This document shows, one piece after another, positions 62,856 to 64,000 of a DNA stretch of 64,000 nt. Numbering within the stretch: the first letter of the stretch is position 1; every line of letters starts with the position of its first letter. The position numbers and the translations under genes are program-made. The notes under the pieces were generated by a model. The model worked only from the letters and a program-made list of their open reading frames with translations, did not search any database and was not told where the DNA came from. This DNA is from Podarcis liolepis (lineage: Eukaryota). Where the stretch lies: the NCBI GenBank assembly GCA_965112155.1, contig OZ218104.1; one strand, 5' to 3'.

Positions 62856-63841
62856 CTGCAGACAGGGAAGGGAAGGGAGGTTTTTAGGGGAGCTGCAGTT
62901 GCAAAGACTGGCAGCAGCCTGGAAAGACTAGGCCTCAAAAACGGTGTTGGACGGGAGACTGATAGATGGGAAATGGACAGCCCTGTGAGAAAAACAGGGT
63001 AGAGAGGATCTTCCTGGTGTGGGAGGCTGGGAGGAGAGGGGCAAGCTCCCAGGTCGGAGCTGGGAGGGTTCACTCTTTTGTGGGTAGAATATGGGGTATG
63101 ATCCAGTTGTGACAGAGGGCTTTTTATTTGCTTTTTCCTCTTTATTTTCTTTCTTATTCTTTGTTTTTTAAAATCTTTTCTCTTTAGATTAGCTTGGCTT
63201 TTATTGTATTTTATGTGGGAAACTTGCAATAAAAATTGATTTTTTAAAAAAAGATGCTGGTATCCTCTTGCATGAGCAAGAGGAGATGAGGGTGGGATGG
63301 GGAGGAGAATTAAAGCAACGGGAAGGCATGGGAAACCGAGTGGTACAAATGACCCAAGTAACTGAGCAGGAGTCTATTTCAGAGAGAACTCAGACTCACG
63401 TCCAGTGTTTGCATATGCCAAAAAGGACCAAGACATACAAGGGAGTCTGGCCAATCGAAGTGAACCTAGGAACGAGCCACGCCACAGGAGAGGCGCCTAG
63501 CAGGCCCACTTGCTTTGCAGACAGCGAAGGAGGCAAGTCAGATCTTCCAGACCCGGGCAGGGCCTAGTGGGGGCAGAGCAGCATCTGCATCAGCCTGCCA
63601 AAAAGAACTTGCAGGGCTCTTGGTCTCAGAGAGTGCCAGGGCATCTGTGGGAAGCTCTGGAGCCTCAGGGGTGGAGCCCCTGCTTTCCATGCAGAAGATC
63701 CCAGGTTCAATCCCAAGCAGCATCTCCTCCAGGGAGGGCTGGGAATGCCAGCCCCTGCTTAAAACCCCGGAGAACCTCTGCCAGCCAGGGTCAACAGTAC
63801 TGAACTAGATGGACCAATGGCAGATGCCTTTCAGCCCTTAC

Positions 63842-63977
63842 TTGCTTTGGATGGATCAGGATACGCAGAGCTGGCCAGTTTCTTCATTTGTGAGCTGCTG
63901 AACTTTTCCCTGATGGGCTCAAGGAGCTTGTTCAAGGCCACCTCCACAGAGTTCTTCAAGTCCCCAGGGTGGACAAC
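63842..63977 (-). CDS. YARS1: YARS1 exon ([26 protein letters not shown]...AYPDPSKA); gene continues beyond window end
   Basis: 136 nt phase 0-1, canonical sites, TyrRS HPGDLK motif. Confidence 0.95.
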
Positions 63978-64000
63978 CTGCACCCACGGAGGAAGATGGA

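Overview
Vertebrate genomic DNA, most likely a lacertid lizard (inferred from a Sauria/Squam1-type SINE, Squam2/Squam3-like SINEs and squamate-type L1/L2/CR1 relics). Two host genes face each other tail to tail. NHSL3 (KIAA1522) is on +, with two alternative coding first exons (15351 MGNSYHK..., 38721 MVVFLGR...) and six shared exons to a stop at 54918. The last five coding exons of YARS1 (tyrosyl-tRNA synthetase, mostly its EMAP-II-like C-domain) are on -. The standout object is a very young, apparently intact Penelope-like retroelement (PLE, 25155-29312) in a (TA)n tract between the two NHSL3 first exons. It has a 906-codon RT + GIY-YIG ORF, direct pseudo-LTRs 2964 bp apart, a ~1 kb inverted 3' copy with a tail, and three minimal hammerhead-ribozyme motifs. 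The only AUG upstream of the conserved N-terminal domain lies inside the ribozyme core, 5' of the predicted cut. A self-excised monomer would therefore carry a permuted ORF, restored only by circularisation or tandem read-through. The rest is ordinary intronic DNA dense in SINEs, MITEs, LINE fragments and microsatellites. All calls are by eye; no searches were run.
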